DNA of 15,866 nt, from NCBI GenBank assembly GCA_037439545.1, contig JBBIVV010000046.1:1-15866 (forward strand), in the 5' to 3' direction. This stretch comes from a bacterium (GTDB taxonomy: Bacteria; JAMCPX01). The translations under genes were made by a program, and so were the position numbers. The notes below the pieces were generated by a model. That model searched no databases and was not told the DNA's origin. It worked only from the letters and a program-made list of their open reading frames with translations. This document shows, one piece after another, positions 15,804 to 15,866 of this stretch (position 1 is the stretch's first letter; every line of letters begins with the position of its first letter).

Positions 15804-15866
15804 ATGAATAAGGGGTTTACCCTGATAGAAATGATGGTCGTTATTCTGATCATCGGCATTATGGCT
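15804..15866 (+). CDS. Type IV pilin / pseudopilin, 5' end only
   Basis: MNKG|FTLIEMMVVILIIGIMA is a prepilin cleavage/N-methylation motif with Glu5. SD GGAGG at 15794-15798. Truncated by the window edge and absent from the ORF track. Confidence 0.9.
   Translation, partial: MNKGFTLIEMMVVILIIGIMA

Overview
Bacterial chromosomal window. The TPR/winged-helix proteins, the J-domain/Hsp70 paralogue pair and the sigma54-driven pilin suggest a diderm of the deltaproteobacterial/Myxococcota type (inference). From left to right: (1) a minus-strand four-gene cluster encoding a wHTH-J-TPR co-chaperone, a lid-less Hsp70/DnaK paralogue, a TPR-wHTH protein and a PAS histidine-kinase-like protein that has lost all its catalytic motifs; (2) a divergent aldehyde dehydrogenase and a hypothetical protein with GNAT-like motifs; (3) a small hypothetical protein and an OmpA-family outer membrane protein; (4) metK-ahcY and a TrmN6-like methyltransferase; (5) ruvX/yqgF, a frameshifted heptad-repeat membrane protein, a small membrane protein, an RHH/PIN toxin-antitoxin pair and the start of a type IV pilin-like gene. 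Intergenic DNA holds three kinds of palindromic element (two REP-like hairpins, one GTCATTCC...GGAATGAC element and one 117-bp double-hairpin MITE-like element), and several genes look leaderless. The best candidate for an undescribed system is the J-protein/Hsp70/TPR-wHTH/pseudokinase cluster. All family assignments come from reading motifs; no searches were run.
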